DNA from: the human T2T-CHM13v2.0 reference genome, Homo sapiens
NCBI RefSeq assembly: GCF_009914755.1
Contig: NC_060928.1
Strand: one strand, 5' to 3'
DNA length: 64,000 nt
Shown here piece after piece: positions 1 through 13,099 of this stretch. Both the position numbers and the translations under genes were made by a program. Positions within the stretch are counted from its first letter, which is position 1. The number at the start of each line of letters is the position of its first letter. The notes beneath the pieces are model-generated. The model was not told the DNA's origin. It ran no database searches and saw only the letters and a program-made list of their open reading frames with translations.

Positions 1-1059
1 GCCAGAAATCTGACTGGGAAGAAATTCCTACCCTTTTGCCAGCATGCTAAGCTTCTGGGTTCTCTTTCCCTGAGTGGCCCTAGTGATCTGGCTTGTGGCA
101 CAACTGCCTTTGGGGGCCAAGCCGCATCATAAAGGAAAAGTATTTCTTTTTGTTCTGGCCAAAGCAAAATACGCGTAATAAAACATAGATATTAACCAGG
201 CTGCTTAGCATCCAATATCAAACTGGCAAGGCTTAAATTTGCCCTCAGGTGGGCCCTGTCATCTTTAATCTAACCTCCGACTAGGAGTTTCAACATGTGG
301 TCTCTGGGCAAGATGGTCGCCCTGAGTAATAGAAAAGAAAGAGAAAGGAGAGAGAGAAAAACATTGCCTGTGGCAGGGCGGGGAAGGTGAAATGATCAGG
401 GAGGCCAGAGAAAGAACCACCCATTGCAGCGACACTAAAAAGTTCAGGTGGCTGCTGTCGGTGGAGCAAGGATCTTTTCCAGTAATCCTACCAGCTCTCA
501 AATTTCCCTTGTTAGGGAGGAAAAAGCTCCCCATGTCCCAGGATCCTGTACATTCCTAATTCTGTCACCCATAGCCATCAGCAAAGTACAAGGGAGATTA
601 ATCCAAAGAGAATAGCAGTTAACATCCCATAGTGCCGAACCTGTTCTTAGCCGAGAGGGACTTTACCGAAGAGGGGCCTCTAACCCGCTAAATCTTAGAA
701 GGGACTCTAACTCTCCTAAGTCGGGCCTCTAACCAGAGGTCGGTCAAGCATCCTTGCCTTTTATTAAGGGGAAGCCTTTAACCACCTCTATCTTAGGAGA
801 GACTCTAACTCCACTAAGCTGGGCCTCTAACCCAATCCCATTCTTTACCCAGGTACCCCACCACTTACCCAAAGTCTTCCAATCAGTGCTGCAGTCTATT
901 TCCTTTGTGTTAGGGGGTGTCTCCCCAGTATCGTCCCATCGTTCTCCAGAAATATGTTAGAGGACTCCAATACTTACCCAAAGGTAGCTGTTGGGTCTAG
1001 GTTTCTACACTATTGTCCCTTCGGTGGTTGCCAGAAATATGTTGCAGGACAGAGAAATG
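1..1059 (-). mobile_element. ERV1 (MER4/MER41-group) internal 5' leader sequence
   Basis: Directly abuts the LTR 3' end on the minus strand. Has PBS-like TATTTCTGGCAACCAC and repeated gcctctaacc/gactctaact units typical of MER4-group leaders. Confidence 0.65.
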
Positions 1060-1609
1060 TGTTACAGGAAAGGGGTCCTGATGCAGACCCCAAGAGAGGG
1101 TTCTTGGCTCTCGCGCAAGAAAGAATTCAGGGTGAGTCTGCAGTGCACAGTGAAAGCAAGTTTATTAAGAAAGTAAAGGAATAAAAGAATGGCTACTCCA
1201 TAGAGCAGCCCCGAGGGCTGCTGGTTGTCCATTTTTATGGTTATCTCTTGATGATATGCTAAACAAGGGGTGCATTATTCATGCCTCCCCTTTTTAGACC
1301 ATATAGGGTAACTTCCTGACCTTGCCATGGCATTTGTAAACTGTCATGGCACTGGTGGGAGTGTGGCAGTGAGGACGACCAGAGGTCACCCTCGTCGCTA
1401 TTTTGGTTTTGGTGGGCTTTGGCTGGCTCCTTTACTGCAAACTGTTTTATCAGCAAGGTCTTTATGCCGTGTATTTTGTGCTGAACTCCTATCTCATCCT
1501 GTGACTTAGAATGCCTTAACCGTCTGGGAATGCAGCCCAGTAGGTTTCAGTCTCATTTTACCCAGCTCCTATTTAACATGGAGTTGCTCTGGTTCACACG
1601 CCTCTGACA
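1060..1609 (-). mobile_element. MER41 LTR (~550 bp, length suggests MER41A)
   Basis: Minus strand begins TGTCAGAGGCGTGTGAACCAGAGCAACTCC and ends ...CCCCTTTCCTGTAACA. TG...CA termini; internal AATAAA at 1166-1161. Confidence 0.85.
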
Positions 1610-1692
1610 AAACTCCTGGGCTCAAGTGATCCGCTTGCCTTGCCCTCCCAAAGTGCTGGGTGGGATTGCAGGTGTAAGCTACAGTGCCCGGT
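1610..1692 (-). mobile_element. Old Alu/FLAM 5' fragment interrupted by the LTR
   Basis: aactcctgggctcaagtgatcc...cccaaagtgctggg...gggattgcaggtg. Confidence 0.75.
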
Positions 1693-2035
1693 CTGGGGGG
1701 CACCTTTAAACCAAGTCCCAGCCTTTGCCTGATCTTGCAGTAGAGCTCTGGAGCAAAATTATATCTGAGTTTGTTCAGACAAGTCAACTGGGCTTTTATA
1801 CTCCTGCACCAGTGAGTCACTGGCTAAAGAAGTCAATCCAGAGGGGTATAAACTTCTAAGCACTTTCAATTCTGTGGGTGCAGGTGAAGCCAGGCCATGG
1901 TTTGAGATGCAAAGAAGTGGCCTGGTAGGAGTGGGGTGGTGGAGGCTGTTTACTGACAGTGCTCACTACAGTGGAACAAGAACCTTTATTACTTCCCCTC
2001 AATATATTCCGATTTTTCTTTTTTTGACAAAAATA

Positions 2036-2041
2036 TTTATT
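2036..2041 (-). terminator. poly(A) signal AATAAA (distal; a further one at 1985-1990)
   Basis: Plus-strand tttatt ~365 nt beyond the proximal signal. Confidence 0.5.
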
Positions 2042-2384
2042 TTTCCAGTGGAGCCTCCCTACCTCCAGATGAACTAGTTGGAAATGGAATTGTTATGGTA
2101 CTGAATCTACAAATGGATTGCACTATGTTCCATGCAAAGTTGACTTTCCTCCCTTCCCTTTGCCACATCCTTCAGAGTGCGGCAGTAAATTCAGAAAGTA
2201 TCATCAGTTGTGCAGTTGAATGCAAAGGCTGGGAATGATTGATCTCTCCCATTAAATAAATGTTTAAAGAATGATATCAAAATTTTGAGAAAGGAACTGC
2301 AGTTAATTAAAACCCAGGAATAATATGTCTGCTTAATTAAGATTGGAGATCCAGTGAGGATCTTAAAATAAACTATACTTTGGA

Positions 2385-4954
2385 TTGATTCAGATAATCT
2401 TTTATTTTTGTTTTTGTTTTCTTTAAAAGTGGTATGTCAACATCACTTCATTTCTACATTTCAGCGTTCTGTACATTTCTTAAAAGGAAATAAGCAATGC
2501 TCAATGTACAAAGTAAAAACAGAAAACTAGAAAAATCTGAATAAAATGGAGCAAGTTGCCAGAGGTCATACAGTACAAATTAGTAATTAGATGTCATCTG
2601 AAGTGCAATACCACTGCTGTGATGATGAGTTAAGGAATGAAATAAAAATACTCTATTTTAAACAAACAGTATATATATATTTATATGTATATTTTTTACA
2701 GATAGTAGACCCAGTGATATCTGCAGTATTGTAAAAACTTATGTACAAATAACTTTTTTTAGACATTACATATACATCAGCACCGTAGTAAAAACAAAAC
2801 CAAAACAAAACCACCATATTAAAATCTACCTATTAGTTGGTCCCAGTACTGAGCATTTGGAGGAAGCTTTTAAAAGATAATGGAGCCCCCCACCCCTGTC
2901 TGTCTCACTTCCATTAGCCACCTCCAGTTTCTCATCATTGCTTATATATTTATTTCCTGTACCTTTCAGGAAAAGGTAATTATGTTTTGTGTCTTCTCAT
3001 TTGTTTGTTTGCTTTTTTTTGGTTTCATCTCTTTGATCCACTCAGTTTCCCCAGTGGCATCACTCCCCATTTGGGGAGTTCAGGGTCACCCTGCTGCCAC
3101 CTCTTCGGAGAGGGCGCCCAGCCCCTGCCTGGGCTTCTCACCCACCAGGCACCTCTGGCCTTACATCCTGCCCCTTCCTGAGCAGCTCTACAACCCCGGG
3201 TACGCGGAGAGCAAGTCAAAGGCAATGTTTGCCTGCCGCCTCCTCTCCAAAAACACCTCTGCCCCCAGCTTTCCATGGCAACTCGCCTTCTCAGGACTGA
3301 GTGTGGCCAGTCCAACCCCACAGGCTCCGACTCTTCCGTAGTGATCTGCCTGGGAGTGCACAGAAGGCAGCCAGCGTCTAGGACACGGAGGGAGGAGGGG
3401 ACAGGAAAAAAGCACACGCCACTCTCACTTAGGACGACACTGAAGCCACAAGTCCTCCAAAAGGGGGATTGGGAGGGGAGGCAAGGAGCCTTGTTGATTC
3501 CTTCTGACAGATTTCGCTTAGGGCAGATGTGCGTCAATTGCAGAGAACAACTGTACAGGACTTTGGAAGAGGACTACTTTGCCCATATGAAATAAACTAC
3601 ATCTCCTTTCTATCCAAATTTGTAAGGTGGAGCAATTGCTTTTTTAGCTCCTCCACCTCTCTGGGATTTTATATTTGTCTTTCTGATGAGTAGGGATGAT
3701 GGGAAAGGTGGATTTTTAGAGCATCACTCCCAGGATTTCGCCCAAAGGGAGCCTGAACCAGTGACCTCCAGGCCACTCCTTCCTGGGGATATCAGAAATA
3801 TCAGATGTGGCTCACAAAAAACCGACTCCCAAACATCAGAGCAGCCCTCTTGGTTCCAGGCAGATATTCATTCAACGCTACACGTTAGAGAAAGAAGACT
3901 CCAGTGTCGCCTTTGCATTTCAGGCATTGTCTAAGTTCTTCCTGCATTTATGTGGACTCTGCCCAAGGCTCCCTAAAGACATAAGCTTCACTTCTTGGAT
4001 AGTCTGTAAGGAGAAGCAAGGGGAGGCTGGTGTGGAGGCAAGGAGGAATAAAGGCAGGGCTGGAGACAAAGGCTCCAGGCTGGCAGACACACAGGGTCCA
4101 GTAGGGGTTTCCCTGCCCTGCGGCCGCCAGAAGTAGATGTGACCCACCTGGATGTATGGGTTTTGTATTGGGCGCCAGCAGGCTCCAGCCCCACCTGGAG
4201 GGACTGCCACCAGGGGCACCAGCAGAGGGAAGCCGTCCCAGGACTGCCGGATGGACCCTGCTCCAAACTCAGCCTGCTCTCCTTGTGACAGCAGAGCCTT
4301 TGCAATTCCTGAGGGTCATCATGGGGCAGGAGACAGACAGTCCTGTAGGATCTGTGGTTGTCTCCTTTTGACAATCTCACTGTTCTTCGTGCCTGCCCTC
4401 CAAATTCAGTAGCATGTCTCAAAGCCTTACATCTCTCGGCACCCAGAGTTCAGTGCATTTCCAACCTGTGCACCTGGCCTGTGCAACCACCCAGCCTCTT
4501 CTGGGGGACTCACTCTCCCTGGCTGAGGCTCTGTCTCTTTTGTGTCTCCAAAGCTGCTGTCTCCCGACCTGGGGCAGGAGGGGCTGAGGATACCTCTCTT
4601 GGGTAATAGTCCCTCTCGGCTGAAGCAGCTCCTGCTGGGCCAGGCGATCACAGGGCATGCTGGGCAGAGGGGCTCTGGCCGGCTTCATCTTCCCACCTGC
4701 TCCTCCGGGTGTCTCCCTCTCTCGCAGCCGGGATCTGCATGGCGTCTCATCTCGATTGCTGTGTGAAAATCAGGTGAAATGAGGCCTGGTGGGGCTGTGG
4801 ATTGGCACCTGGATCTTCCATTGTCAGCCAGCTGCAGTTTTGCTCAGTTTACGTGGGTCAAAAAAACAAAAAACAAGGATGGGTCAACATCCTGTTTCTT
4901 TTTCACTTTTTAAGCTTTAACCACTCGAGTTGTGGATCTTGGGGCCTCTCTTGA
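2385..4954 (-). other. MAML3: MAML3 3' UTR (to proximal poly(A) site; may extend to ~2020)
   Basis: Follows the stop codon, has no obvious interspersed repeats and is AU-rich distally. Minus-strand AATAAA at 2406-2401 is followed by U-rich sequence. The cleavage position is estimated. Confidence 0.8.
2401..2406 (-). terminator. poly(A) signal AATAAA (proximal)
   Basis: Plus-strand tttatt at the end of the AU-rich UTR block. Confidence 0.75.
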
Positions 4955-5955
4955 TTAGGGGTTACCAAACAATTCATCAAGCTCCTGCATCCACTCGTCC
5001 CCTGGCCCGCCTTTGATGATGGAGTCCACAAGGTCTGCACCGTCCGGGAGGCCAGGGAAGGAACCCCCAGCTCCGTCGCCACTGTAATTGTATGACACGT
5101 CCTGAGGGGCATTCCGCTCATAGGCTTGGCTCTGGCTGCTTGGAGCAAAGCTGCCACTGGGTATCTGCTGCTGTGCTGGGGGCTGGCTGAACGCTGGCAT
5201 GCCTGGGACTCCCTGGCTCAGGCCAGACATGACCATTGGCCTCGCCTGGCTGGTGCCTTGCTGCCCCGGGAGCGATGGCATCATCTGCCGACCCATGGCA
5301 GCTGGGTTGAGGGTCCTCACTGTGCCCGTGTTAGCATCCACGACTGACTGGCTCAGTCCCTGTGGGAAGTGCTGCTTGGTCAGTCTCGGCTGCCCAGCTT
5401 GAAGAGGGTAGCTGGCGCCATTGTTGAATGGTCCCAATTCTCCACTAGTCCTCCCAGGCATGCCCTGCAAGCTCCTCTGTTGCCAGCTTTGTGCTCCTTG
5501 CTGGACTGTTCCCATAAGGCTCTGCAGCCTTGGAGGGGCTTGGGGCCTAGGCAAGGCCTGGCCTACTGGCCCTTTCATCTGTGGATGTTGCTGGGTAATG
5601 GCTGAGTTCACCAGCATGCTCTGACCAAAGCCACTCACCATTCCAACCCCCTGCCCAGAGGCAGGTTGCCTCGGTCCCTGGGCTTGGTTATGTGTGATGC
5701 TCATGCCACTTTGGTTTGGATGCTGCAACATTTGGGTCATGCCTGTGCTCATATTGTACATTCCTGGTTGGCTGGTAGGCGTGGTGCTATAAGGGGCCAG
5801 TCCCATCTCCGACTGCGCAGCTGCGGTGGCCATCGTCCCAGGGTTCTGGGAGGGTCCTATTCCCATCATGCCTGCGTTCTGTGCCATCAGCCGTGACGTT
5901 CGCATGCTCTGGAGGGCTGCTTGGCTTCTTACGGCTGCTATATCCTGGGGAGAAC
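4955..5955 (-). CDS. MAML3: MAML3 last coding exon: Q/M/G/P-rich region and acidic C-terminal activation domain ending ...DLVDSIIKGGPGDEWMQELDELFGNP*
   Basis: Within the 342-aa ORF. Acceptor tttttcactgcag|GTTCTC (AG at 5957-5956). Phase 1 matches the upstream exon ending in G (Gly codon G|GT). TAA at 4957-4955. The C-terminus matches the Mastermind-family acidic tail as I recall it for MAML3. Confidence 0.96.
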
Positions 5956-6156
5956 CTGCAGTGAAAAAGAGGACACATACCACTCACTCTTCTCCATAAG
6001 CAATATACTGCAACAAGATGTTGGAATTTTCTTTGGGAATGACAAAATTCCTTTATATGAAAGGATCTACTCTGATAATAAATCTGTAACAAAAATGATT
6101 ATTTTTCTGATTATAGCATATGCTGATTGTGAAAATTTTGAAAGTGTTAAAAAATA

Positions 6157-6508
6157 CAGAGACAAAAATTAAAGTCACCTGAAATCCCACTATCCAGAGA
6201 TGATCATTCCTATTCTTTTATTTGTATATAAATAGACACCCACAAAAATTGGGATCGTACTGTGCATGTGTTTTTGTAGCTGACTTTTCCACTAAACAGA
6301 TCCTGATGTAATTCTTGTTTATACTTCAGAAGCAAATTATTTCGTACTCTTATAGGTATGACATCATCCTCAACCAATAAGATACTATTTTCTTTGGAGG
6401 TGAGAGAGAATCCACCTCTGGGGCTAAATTAGAAAGAAATGGCTGATCACTTTGTATTTTCTATTTGTGAAGTGGAACATGGTTCAGTAGAGAATACTAT
6501 CAATAAAG
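6157..6508 (+). repeat. Inverted duplication, arm 1 (352 bp)
   Basis: Reverse complement of 8586-8937; 20 mismatches and no gaps by hand alignment. Confidence 0.95.
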
Positions 6509-8585
6509 ACCATTAGACTAATTTCCCTTAAGACTTGAGTAGGATTTGAGAGGTTAAAGGCCACTGCTTCTGCTAAGCAGCTATTTTGACAGATAGGACA
6601 TTTTTCGGATCCACTCTGTAGATTTCAACATGCTCCAGATTCTCTGAATCATAACTTGTCATTGCAAACTGGCCAGCTTCCTGAGCTAGAAAAAGAAATC
6701 ATCCTGCTACGTGCGACTTGGCCATAAACTTTACGCATTTCTACAGCAAAGTCCATTCCTTCAAATCGGCAACGACTATTTCTCTCAGCAAATTGCTAAC
6801 ACAATTTTAATAATGCTGTTTAAAAGGTGGCCAGAGTGTCCATACCAAGTCATTCAACCTTAATTAGGCATTTGAGTGAGTCCTTCTTTACATGTTACCA
6901 GGAAATTTCCAAACAGCCAAGGGAATGGAAATGTCGCCAGTAGAACACCAGTCAACGTTGCAAAGGTCTAGGAGGTACACAAAAACGGATTTTTCTATGT
7001 CCCTGCTAATGATTGAGTCTATGAGAAGAAGAAAAATAGTTTTTTTCCTGGACATTTAAAGAAGGTGCAGCATGGGAGCCAGTCAATATTCTAAGCAAAT
7101 TTGATCCCACCTGGAACTGTGATGAGAAACCAGATGAGAATAGTCTAACCTTGTTAAACCTGGCACCCTGGTAGATAACTGAAGCATGTTTTTGTCTTCC
7201 TGATGTGGCTATTGATTTCTGGGCTGCAAATATGTCTCCATATTTTCTTCCTTTCTTTAAGAAAGAAAATTACTGGAATTTTGATTATGTCTCAAGTTTT
7301 TGTGGCTTGAGATCAATATCATACTGCATTGAAAAATGAAACGATTTCTATCAGGAAACCTGAAAGATCTGGGGGAAATCCCTAGAAATGTTTTCATATA
7401 TTTTTTTAAGCTTCATTATATCTAAGTGATTTTTTGAAAAATCAAAAGTTCCTAGTAAAACACTGGAAGGTAGTATATACTGCAACTTGTAATATTGTCA
7501 TGCAGTTTTGTGACCTTAACGACTAAATTTTTATCGGCTGCGTGGCCAATAAGATCAACTGTGGTGAAATGGGTTATTGAGTTGTTTATAAAAAAAGTTT
7601 AAGGGAAAAATATTGCTGAGTCAGAGATTGATTGGATAGACCCAAATTATATAAACAGTCTGATGGGCTGCTAGAAATAGATGAAAGGACATCTATAATT
7701 TGGCCATTTTGGGGTATATTTATAATGGATATGGTAAAGGACTAGATACTGTCTGGAATAATTTTGTGAATGAGAAATAGGTTCCTTTCTTTAGAGGGCA
7801 GAAGCGTTACAATGCTTTTTAATAGGCAGTGATACATTAATCCAAGCCAACCTTTATTTTTTATTTAGTGTAAATGACTGCACTATCTTGATGTAATTCT
7901 TATTTTTAAAAGGCATTTTAAAATCAGCAATTGCCACATTCTTTTTCACCTAAGAGAAATAAAAGGACTTTTATTAATCTAGTTTTATGCCTTCCGTGAT
8001 TTTAAATATACAAAGGAAAAAAATTCAGATGTGTCCAAGGAATTAACTTGTCTTTACATGATTACTACATGTGTTAAACAACAGATTATGTTTTCTTTTT
8101 CTTTTTTTGGTCTAAAGCAGATATTATTGTGAGACACTGTAATCTAATTTTCTTGTCTGCTGGTTAACATCACAATGTCCAAGAAAATCTTGTATATTCA
8201 AATACAGATGATAGTATCCAACTTTTTCCTAAAAAAGTCTATGTTCTATTTTCACTCACAAGAAGCCTGTATTTGTGAAAAAAATAAGTATTTCCCCATA
8301 GTCATGTAACATTGCCCAGAGATCCAGAACCTAATGAGGGAAAGACAGTCATTAAGACCTTTGAAATGTATAATGGTGAGAGTATGGGATAGGTTCTCAT
8401 GCAAGTTATACCTAACAAAACTTCTCTCCAAGAATGATATTTCTTATTTTTCAGTTTGCTATTTTCCCAGATGCATAACATCATGCTATCTAGGGTGTCT
8501 GTAAACACATGAAAATACTGAAGATAGTAAAACAAATTATATATCTCAAACCAATCAGTTCAAGGACCCTAAAATGTCACACTGG

Positions 8586-9245
<660 letters not shown>

Positions 9246-9437
9246 AATAGAAGTTTTTAACTGGACCCAAAACATTCAGAATAGCTCATATGTGTCTATG
9301 TTCTGTAACACAGGGGAATTATTAAATAATTCCCCTTTTCCCCCACAAATAATACATGAGTTATGAACCTGGAAAACTCAAGAGACATTATGCTGGGTTT
9401 ATCAGCTTTTATGTTTTTAATTAGTTCATAATATAAT

Positions 9438-9608
9438 GCAGCAGCTCTCAAGCGTGGTTCCCTAGCTAGCAAAATCAGTGACTCCTGGGAACTTGTAAAA
9501 AATGCAGATTCTCAAGCCCCGCTTCAGATTTACTGAATCAGAAACACTGTGTATGTTTTAACAAGCTCCGCTGGTGCTTTCAGTGCAGGCTAAAGTTTGA
9601 GAACTACA
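9438..9608. mobile_element. MER5A-like hAT-Charlie element
   Basis: ctctcaagcgtggttccc...gggaacttgtaaaaaatgcagattctc...aaagtttgagaactac. Confidence 0.7.
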
Positions 9609-10407
9609 GATACAAAGGAGGGCTCTGTATCTGCAACAACAACTATGTAATGATGACTAGTCCCCACTCTTCCGAAGCTACCCATGGCAAAATTAGAAAC
9701 ATAATTCTTCAAAAACCACTGGCACTGATTTAGTGCACAGAACACCTGTGGATAACTCAATTCCTTTTGTCCTTCCCTGTGTCAAGGCCAAAGGATCTAA
9801 TGTGATATAAGCATTCCAGAGGTGGAAGGGAGTGGTAGCTACTCAAGACCCAGTATTTTTACAGGTGATCTTCAATGTGATCTGTCAGTAAATATCAATG
9901 GCTTTCAGACTGTAAACTGCAGCTCACAGTTCATGATCTAGGATATATACATGTGGGTTTAAAACAGAAAGAAAAGTTTCTGATATGCTCTGGTAATTTC
10001 TGTTGTATTTCATTTTAAAAATGTTGGTTGTGACCCACTAAGTTGTTTCCAATAACCTTGTGTGTTGCAATCTGAGAAGTTAAAAATGCTACCTTAGATC
10101 AGAAAATTTTCACCCAGTCTATTGATAAAGTTCAGGGATACTTGTGAAATTATATAAAAGTTTGTATATATTTACATATTATATGTTTCTCTGCAAGAGG
10201 CTTCATAGCTTTTTGCAGACACTTAAAGGAATAGGTAACTTTTGAGAAGCTAGGACACATTGATCTAGATCCCACAAAATGGGCAGAGGATGGGATTAGG
10301 ATTTCTGCTGCTAGGTGACCCCTGTAGCCCCCTGAAAACTCCTGTGGATAAGATTAGGAAGGCTCCTCAGGCTATTTTCTTCACCCCATATAAGACCCTC
10401 AAGGGTC

Positions 10408-10689
10408 TTTTTTTTTTTTTTTTGAGACAGAGTCTCGCTCTGTTGCCCAGGCTGGAGTAGCTCACTGCAACCTCCACCTCCCGGGTTCAAGCGATTCTTG
10501 TGCCTCAACCTCCTAAGTAACTGAGATTACAGGTATGCATCACCACTCCTGGCTAATTTTTTGCATTTTTAGAGAGACAGGGTTTTGCTATGTTGGCCAG
10601 GCTGGTCTTGAACTCCTGGCCTCAAGTGATCCGTCCACCTCAGCCTCCCAAAGTGCTAGGATTATAGGCGTGAGCCACCGCACCCGGCC
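10408..10689 (-). mobile_element. Alu with ~18-nt internal deletion in the right arm
   Basis: T-tail plus Alu body; gctggagt-agctcactgcaa lacks the gcagtggcgcgatctc segment. Confidence 0.93.
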
Positions 10690-11381
10690 AAGGGCTCTCT
10701 CTATTAGAGATGGAAGGGTTTGATATTTGAACGGGCCTTCCACATTTATAAAGGAGTGCCAACACTGACATACAGTGCGCCCACTGCTACTAGGTCATGA
10801 TTTAGGATTCCCGCAAACGGCTACAGGATCAGTTCAATCAGCCTCAAGGCCCTATTTGTCTTCTACATTCAAAAGAGACTAGTGGTTGTTGCAAGCCAGA
10901 TTCTTCCACTTCAGCTTTAGAGGTAAGGGCTTTGGTCAGGTGACCTGCTGGGATAAGCAAAAAAGATGTGGCACAAGATTTTTGCCCCTGTAGTCACTAA
11001 GATGACGATCTAAACATAAACAAAATTGATATGCAGCCAACAGGCACCAGTATATCTTTACTGGTTGTTAAACTATTACAATACTATGTACCTTTGGTAA
11101 AGAACAGCTGTTCTAGTCCCAACTCCGACAGCTACCCTGACCCTTCCCTGTGCCTTCTAGAACCTCTCTGTGACTCAGTGACCAAAAGGTTAATGCCTGG
11201 CACAACAGGAGGCCTCTAGGAATCCATTCTGATTGGTTAGTACTCTTAACCTACCAGTAGTTACATATTTTGAGTATTTCCTGGACACAAATACAGCCAG
11301 TAAGGCAATGCCTCTGGCTACACATTCACTTACGCTTCACCACTGGAAGGTATAAAATGAGAGAGGTTGCACTGGCCTCAC

Positions 11382-11466
11382 CTTGAAACTGATTGACCTG
11401 CTGCACTGGGTATGGATTCCGCTGTGGCTGGAGGTGCTGCCGGGGTAGATGTGATTGCTGCAACTG
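11382..11466 (-). CDS. MAML3: MAML3 penultimate exon (85 nt): QLQQSHLPRQHLQPQRNPYPVQQVNQFQ(G)
   Basis: Not in the ORF track in this frame; translated by hand. Acceptor gttgttctag|CAG and donor CAAG|gtgagg. It is open, Q-rich, and its phase (0 in, 1 out) joins the flanking exons exactly. Confidence 0.93.
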
Positions 11467-11564
11467 CTAGAACAACAGAACACAAGAGGGGTGGAGAGGT
11501 GAGATAGGGAGCAAGCACACAATTCAATATCCCAGCAGTTCCGAGGAAGGTAGTGTTTTCCCCA

Positions 11565-12115
11565 AAACTAAACTTTGTGTTGAAGAATCATATGCATACA
11601 GGCAAGTGCACAAAGTCTAAGGATAGAGTCAGGTAGGTTTTCACAAAACGAACACACTCAGGGCCACCAGCCCCCACATCAAGAAACAGAACGCTGCCAG
11701 GAGCCCCTCGTGCCCCTTCCAGTCATCACTCTCCCTTGACCCATGGGCATCACTGTCCTAACTTTTAACAACATAGAGCAGTTATGTCTGCTTTTGTACT
11801 TTGCAGAAAAGGATTCACATGATGCTGCTTTTGTGTCTGGCTTCTTGCATTCACCACTGTATTTGTGAGATTCATCCACGTGGATGTGAATTCTTGTTGC
11901 TTGTTCATTCTCACTGTTGGATAGTATTCCATCATATGAATATACCATAATTTATTTACCCATTCTACTAGTGATGTCACCTTTGGTGTTTCTAGTTTTT
12001 GTGTTTCAAATGTGACTGCTATGAACATTCCTGTACATGCCTTTGGTGAACATCTGTATGTATTTCTGATGTGTGGACTTGCTGGCTCATGAGGAATGCG
12101 TGCTGAGGGAAGGGG
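11565..12115 (-). mobile_element. Old L1 (L1M) 3' fragment
   Basis: Minus-strand translation MFIAVTFETQKLETPKVTSLVEWVNKLWYIHMMEYY resembles the L1 ORF2 C-terminus (MFIAALFTIAKTWNQPKCP...WIKKMWHIYTMEYY), followed by L1M-like 3' UTR. Confidence 0.8.
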
Positions 12116-13099
12116 TTTTGACATGGACTGCCCAACATCAGCCTGCATGCTTTCCTTAGGCTGTGGGGACTGAGTTGAAAGGGACAAGCAACTGCTTTTT
12201 AATGACCTAAGTGGATGCTTTGGGCATAGGAAGATGACATCCTCAGGAGTTATACAAAAAAGGCTAATCTTATTCCCATGAAGCCACACTGCCTGTAAAA
12301 TACATCTCTACATGTAAACTATTCAGCATTTACTGCTTTGAGGAAACCATGTGGGATTCCACATATACCAGCAGACCAGGAGGCCTGCATATTAGTCTTT
12401 CTTCTTCCACTCACGGGGATGCTGCACTGCTAGTGTTGCTACCAATATGCTGGGAAGGCTATTATCATTATCATGCTGTATGTGCAAAGGGAAAGAAAAT
12501 AAGAGTGATGTAGAAAGAGCAGAGAAAGAGGTTTCAGTTCTAGGTCTGCCGTCAAGTAGCTTGCGTGACCTTGGGGATGTTGTTTAACCTGCTCCCTGCA
12601 GCTGCTGAATATTCATTAAGCACCTTTCATCTGCAAGGGCTATAAAGAATATACAACAAGGTCCCTGTTCTTTAGAGTGTTCATTATAAAAATAACACAC
12701 ACTGACCACCTCTTAACGCCTGTGTTTATTTCAATTTTTTCTCTTGTGTTTGTTCCTGGGCTGCTCTATAATTTTCTTTTCTTTTTCTCTTTCTCTACAA
12801 GGCCAGCCAGTATTCTGGCAACCAAAGAAAAAACAGCCTCTGACTCGTTGACCCCATCCCATGGTTCCTACCATAATGTTCTACAGAAAACTGTTGAAAT
12901 TAATTGATTGTGTAGACCATTAAAGTGTAGACAAGAAACCACACAAATCTTTTAGGCAGCAATAGAAGGGCATTACTGAGAGTAAGCTGAGCATTTAACA
13001 GCTTCTCCTCAGTCAAACTTCCCATATAATATAAGAATTTAACTGTCCCACTTACGACTAGGAATGAGCCCCTGGCAGCCTGTGGGGGACTGAGGGTGT

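Noticed and set aside
1060-1609. MER41 as an interferon-gamma/STAT1 enhancer
   Set aside because: That activity is tied to tandem GAS (TTCNNNGAA) sites of MER41B. This copy is MER41A-length and I did not see the tandem GAS sites.
2880-4766. Multiple 70-170 aa ORFs on both strands
   Set aside because: They lie in the GC-richer MAML3 3' UTR, resemble no known domain and are expected by chance.
5956-5983. Listed N-terminus MVCVLFFTA of the 342-aa ORF (likewise MSSQ and VTCPLA of ORF 16024..16305)
   Set aside because: Intronic polypyrimidine or donor sequence read in frame; not part of the spliced protein.
11765-12289. 174-aa ORF
   Set aside because: Decayed L1 ORF2 C-terminus plus flank; annotated as an L1 fragment.
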